Below, piece by piece: positions 60,087 to 64,000 of a DNA stretch of 64,000 bases. The notes below the pieces were generated by a model. It was given only the letters and a program-made list of their open reading frames with translations. It was not told the DNA's origin and did no database searches. Location of the stretch: contig CBDCRW010000002.1 of NCBI GenBank assembly GCA_965221125.1, positions 32,001 through 96,000 of the forward strand, in the 5' to 3' direction. This DNA is from Alphaproteobacteria bacterium. GTDB lineage: Bacteria; Pseudomonadota; Alphaproteobacteria; UBA828. Both the position numbers and the translations under genes were made by a program. Every line of letters starts with the position of its first letter. The stretch's first letter is position 1.

Positions 60087-60890
60087 ATGGAGAACAAGCG
60101 CTGGGTCATATGGCTGATCGCGGTCTGGACCGGCGTGATCGCGCTCTTCCTCTACATCCCGATCTTCTCGGTCATCGTCAGCTCCTTCGGCAAGTCCCGC
60201 TACTTCCGCTTCCCCGTGAAGGCGTGGAGCGACAAGTGGTACGACCAGACGCTCGGCGCCAACCTGACCACGGACCTGCACCTCACCTCGTTCTACGTCG
60301 CGGGCTGCGTCGCGCTGATCGCGGTGGTGCTCGGCTTCTTCGGCGCCCTTGCCTTCGCCCGCTACAACTGGCGCGGCCGCCAGTTCTATCAGCGCCTCAT
60401 CATGCTGCCGATCTTCTTCCCCCAGGCCGTGCTCGGCCTGGCACTCCTGCTCTGGTTCACCTACGTCGGCGTGCTGCCGAGCTGGGAGGCGGCGGTCTTC
60501 GCCCATCTGGTCTGGATCGTGCCGATCGTGACGCTGGTGATCTCGATCCAGGTCTATGGCTTCGACGCGGCGCAGGAGGAGGCGGCCTACGACCTCGGCG
60601 CGAGCCGCTGGCAGGCCTTCCGCGAGGTCACGCTGCCGGCTTTGGCCCCCGGCCTCTTCTCCGGCGCGCTCTTCGCCTTCCTGCTGTCCTGGGGCAACTT
60701 CCCGCTGTCCACCTTCACCACGGGGGCGGACAGCACGGTGACCGAGTGGCTCTACACCAAGATGGGCTCCGGCTACACGCCGATGATCCCGACCATGGGC
60801 GCGCTCTCCGTGTTCGGCGCCATCGTCATCCTCTTCGGCGGCTACATGTTCCTGATCGCCCGCCGCCGCCGGCAGGAGCGGGGCGAGTAG
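60087..60890 (+). CDS. ABC transporter permease (PotC-like)
   Basis: Multiple TM helices; EEAAYDLGAS loop. Confidence 0.9.
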   Translation: MENKRWVIWLIAVWTGVIALFLYIPIFSVIVSSFGKSRYFRFPVKAWSDKWYDQTLGANLTTDLHLTSFYVAGCVALIAVVLGFFGALAFARYNWRGRQFYQRLIMLPIFFPQAVLGLALLLWFTYVGVLPSWEAAVFAHLVWIVPIVTLVISIQVYGFDAAQEEAAYDLGASRWQAFREVTLPALAPGLFSGALFAFLLSWGNFPLSTFTTGADSTVTEWLYTKMGSGYTPMIPTMGALSVFGAIVILFGGYMFLIARRRRQERGE

Positions 60891-60937
60891 CGCCGCATTC
60901 GCTCACGCCAGGCCGAAGTCGTCGAACGGAGGCAGGA

Positions 60938-61957
60938 ATGGACCTCAGATCGCATATCCGGGCGCTGCCCAAGGCCGAGCTTCACCTGCATCTGGAAGGC
61001 GCGATCGACCCGGAACTGATGATGCGGCTGGCCGCCAGGAACGGGGTCGGGATCCCGTTCCGCTCGGCGGACGAGATTCGGGCCGCCTGCCGCTTCACCC
61101 GGCTGCAGGATTTCCTGGACCTCTACCACCAGGGCATGGCCGTGCTCCGCACCGAGGAGGACTATTTCGAGCTCACCGCAGCCTACCTGGAGCGCGTGGC
61201 CGCCGACGGCGCGGTTCACGTAGAGGTGTTCTTCGACCCCCAGGGCCACACGGCGCGCGGCATTCCCTTCGCCACCGCGGCGGACGGCATCCTGGCCGCG
61301 CTCGCGGAAGGCCGCGAGAGGCTGGGCGTCACGTCGCTGCTCATCATGAACGTCTGGCGCGACCTGAGCGAGGACGAGGGCTTCGCCGCCTTTCGCGAGG
61401 CCGAGCCCTATGTCGCCGACCGGCGGATCGCCGGCCTCGGCCTCGATTCGACCGAGTTGGGCCATCCGCCCGCGAAGTTCGAGCGCCTCTTCGCCGCGGC
61501 GCGCGAGGCCGGCCTCAGGCTCGTCGCCCACGCCGGCGAGGAGGGCCCGGCATCCTATGTCGCCGAGGCGGTGGACCGGCTGGGCATCGATCGCATCGAT
61601 CACGGCAACAGCGCCCTCGACGACCCGGCGCTGGTCCGCCGCCTGGCGGAGAGAGGCACGACGCTCACCGTGTGTCCGCTCTCCAACCTGCGGCTCGGCG
61701 TCGTCCCCGACCTGGAGCGGCACCCGCTGAAGCGCATGCTCGACGCGGGCCTCAAGGCCACCGTCAACTCGGACGATCCGGCCTATTTCGGGGGCTATCT
61801 GGTGGACAATTTCGTCGCGGTGGCCGAGGCGCTCGCGCTGGAGCGGGCGGACCTGGCCACGCTGGCGCGCAATTCGATTCAGGGCTCGTTCCTCGACGAG
61901 CCGGCGAAGTCGGCGCACCTGGAGCGGATCGACCGGGCCGTCGCGGCGGACGGGTGA
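60938..61957 (+). CDS. add: Adenosine/adenine deaminase
   Basis: LPKAELHLHLEG, AHAGEE, RIDHG, CPLSN, NSDDPAYFGG. Confidence 0.9.
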   Translation: MDLRSHIRALPKAELHLHLEGAIDPELMMRLAARNGVGIPFRSADEIRAACRFTRLQDFLDLYHQGMAVLRTEEDYFELTAAYLERVAADGAVHVEVFFDPQGHTARGIPFATAADGILAALAEGRERLGVTSLLIMNVWRDLSEDEGFAAFREAEPYVADRRIAGLGLDSTELGHPPAKFERLFAAAREAGLRLVAHAGEEGPASYVAEAVDRLGIDRIDHGNSALDDPALVRRLAERGTTLTVCPLSNLRLGVVPDLERHPLKRMLDAGLKATVNSDDPAYFGGYLVDNFVAVAEALALERADLATLARNSIQGSFLDEPAKSAHLERIDRAVAADG

Positions 61958-62087
61958 TCGTGGCGCCCGGCCACGGTGCGGGTCTCCGCCGCGGGCACAC
62001 ACGCGGGAGTTGTCTCGCCGGGCGCATCGCGTTCTAATCCCCCCGCTTTTGGAAGACGCGCAGGCTGCGCGCCGCAGGGAGTAGCCG

Positions 62088-62390
62088 ATGGCCTATCAAG
62101 TCACGGAACAGGACCTTTACGTCGTCGACGAGTTCATGGAGAACCCGATCGGCCACCACAGCCCCGACCTGCAGCGGGTGCTCAACACGCTCCGGGGGGC
62201 GGACGTCAAGGGCAAGCACTGCCTTGTCTGCACCAAGCCCGGCCGCGAGTGGCAGCTCGCCCAGCTCTCGGGCGTGCGCGGCAAGCCGGTCAAGATGCTC
62301 GACAAGACCTTCGACAATATCGAGGACGCCGAGCGCTACGTCTTCCGCCTGCGCTGGAAGCAGCACACCGGCAAGGCGCTGCCCAAGTAG
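62088..62390 (+). CDS. N,N-dimethylformamidase small-subunit-like protein
   Basis: EFMENPIGHHSPDLQRVLN...VFRLRW; directly upstream of the large-subunit-like gene. Confidence 0.75.
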   Translation: MAYQVTEQDLYVVDEFMENPIGHHSPDLQRVLNTLRGADVKGKHCLVCTKPGREWQLAQLSGVRGKPVKMLDKTFDNIEDAERYVFRLRWKQHTGKALPK

Positions 62391-62465
62391 ACGCCGCGAC
62401 CGCCACCGCGCGCGCGGCCCTCTGCACCACACACGATCGACCGCCAGGCCCTGGGGGAGCTACAC

Positions 62466-64000
62466 ATGACCAGAATCGCGGGCTATTCCGACCGCGTCAG
62501 CGTGACGCCGGGTGAGACCATCAACTTCATGGTGAGTTGCGAGGCGCCCTCCTACAAGTGCGACATCGTCCGCCTCATCTGCGGCGACCAGAACCCCGAC
62601 GGCCCCGGCGTCATCGAGAAGGTCGTCCGCACCGGCGCGAACGGCACCTACAAGGGCCGCCGCCAGGTCTGCCACGACGGCTCCTTCATGGAGGTCCCGG
62701 CGCACCCTGCGATCAACGGGCTGGAGAGCTTCACCTTCCAGGCCTTCATCTGGCCGACCACGCCGGATCGCGGCACCCAGGCGCTGATCTCGAGCTGGCG
62801 CGACCGCGACAAGGCCGGTGCTGCGCTCATCATCACCAAGAAGGACGGCTCGCTCGCGCTCTGCCTCGGCGACGGCGAGGGCAACATCGAGGTGACCGCC
62901 ACCAACCGCCCGCTGATCCCGCACCAGTGGTACTTCGTCGCGGCCGCCTACGACGCCGGCTCGAAGCAGGTGACGCTGGTGCAGCAGCCGCTGAACGAAT
63001 ACCCCAACGTCAAGCACAGCCGGGTCATGAAGAAAAAGTCCGCGCTGAGCGGGCCCGGCGGGCACGACGCGCCACTCACCATGGGCGGCTACTTCAAGCG
63101 CGTCGACAAGGGGCGGACCGTCTGCGGCGGCTTCTACAACGGGCGCATCGACAGCCCGCGCATCGCGAACCGCGTGCTGAGCCCGGCGGAGATGGAGCTT
63201 GCCAAGACCCGGCCCGTGGACGGCGATCTCTCCACCTCTATCGTCGGCGCCTGGGACTTCTCGCAAGGCATCAAGACGACGACGGCGACCGATCTCTCCG
63301 CCAACCGGCTGCACGGCAGCCTCGTCAACATGCCGACCCGCGCCGTCACCGGCTGGTGCTGGGACGGCAGCGAGATGAACTGGCAGAACGCGCCGGAGCA
63401 GTACGGCGCGATCCACTTCCACGAGGACGACGTCTACGACGCGCGCTGGGAGGTCGATTTCTCGCTCACCTGCCCGAAGCGGCTGAAGAGCGGCGTCTAT
63501 GCCGCGAGGCTGCGCGGCGAAGGCGGCGGCGAGGAGTACATCCCCTTCGCCGTGCGCGCACCGCGCGGCCAGCCCACCGCGAAGATCTGCTTCCTGCTGC
63601 CCACCGCGAGCTACATGGCCTACGCCAACACCAACATGTCCACCAACATGGGGGCGGCGCAGATCCTCGCCGGCCGGCTCACGGTGCTGAACGACAGGAA
63701 CCTCCAGCGGAGCGAGCACCGGGAATACGGGACCTCGCTCTACGACAGCCACATCGACGGCAGCGGCATCTGCTACTCCTCGCGGCTGCGCCCGATCCTC
63801 AACTTCCGCCCGAAGGCGCTGGAGTGGATCGGCGGCACGGAGTCCACGCTCTGGCAGTTCAATGCCGACACGCACCTGACCGAGTGGCTGGAGGCCAAGG
63901 GCTTCGAGTACGACGTCGTCACCGACGAGGACCTGCACTACGAGGGCCTCTCGGCAATCGAGGACTACACGGTCGTGCTCTCCGGCTCGCACCCGGAATA
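62466..64000 (+). CDS. N,N-dimethylformamidase large (beta) subunit family protein with LamG-like insert; runs off window
   Basis: Not in the ORF track. MTRIAGYSDRVSVTPGETINFMVS...AIHFHEDD...PTASYMAYAN...SLYDSHIDGSG...TDEDLH...SGSHPE. Confidence 0.85.
   Translation, partial: MTRIAGYSDRVSVTPGETINFMVSCEAPSYKCDIVRLICGDQNPDGPGVIEKVVRTGANGTYKGRRQVCHDGSFMEVPAHPAINGLESFTFQAFIWPTTPDRGTQALISSWRDRDKAGAALIITKKDGSLALCLGDGEGNIEVTATNRPLIPHQWYFVAAAYDAGSKQVTLVQQPLNEYPNVKHSRVMKKKSALSGPGGHDAPLTMGGYFKRVDKGRTVCGGFYNGRIDSPRIANRVLSPAEMELAKTRPVDGDLSTSIVGAWDFSQGIKTTTATDLSANRLHGSLVNMPTRAVTGWCWDGSEMNWQNAPEQYGAIHFHEDDVYDARWEVDFSLTCPKRLKSGVYAARLRGEGGGEEYIPFAVRAPRGQPTAKICFLLPTASYMAYANTNMSTNMGAAQILAGRLTVLNDRNLQRSEHREYGTSLYDSHIDGSGICYSSRLRPILNFRPKALEWIGGTESTLWQFNADTHLTEWLEAKGFEYDVVTDEDLHYEGLSAIEDYTVVLSGSHPE

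Noticed and set aside
62460-63992. 510-aa minus-strand ORF
   Set aside because: Shadow of the plus-strand DMFase-like gene from 62466, which lacks a stop in the window and so is missing from the track.

Overview
GC-rich, probably alphaproteobacterial DNA in two parts. (1) Bases <1-41349 are a mosaic integrative mobilizable/defence island. Its right end is a tRNA-3'-like att core next to a P4-type integrase. From left to right it carries: a tyrosine-recombinase/small ORF/RecD2-helicase operon; a conjugative leading region (ssb, toprim protein, DUF2493/SLOG protein); a MOB-F oriT and TrwC-type relaxase, with no T4SS in the window; a 4.6-kb four-gene DDE transposon (TG..CA ends, ATAGG target duplication) with an extra RepA-like helicase, inserted near the 3' end of a nuclease-STAND NTPase-HEAT gene; a divergent Rad50/SMC-like ATPase fused to a HEPN-like region and tandem S24-peptidase domains; IS1380, IS66 and IS1111 remnants; a single-chain restriction-modification enzyme; a decayed group II intron whose RT gene is split by an IS110-family element; tetR-SDR-SRPBCC cargo; and a solo HEPN-like gene. 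The IS110 non-coding region contains guide-like matches to its own insertion site. (2) Bases 41350-64000 look like host chromosome: an amide/methylated-amine catabolic region (amidase, GGT, N-methylglutamate-synthase-like trio, GS-like ligase, FAD oxidoreductase, GntR regulator, polyamine-type ABC transporter, deaminase, dimethylformamidase-like subunits) plus a Cache-domain autotransporter. All calls come from reading motifs by eye; no database searches were run.
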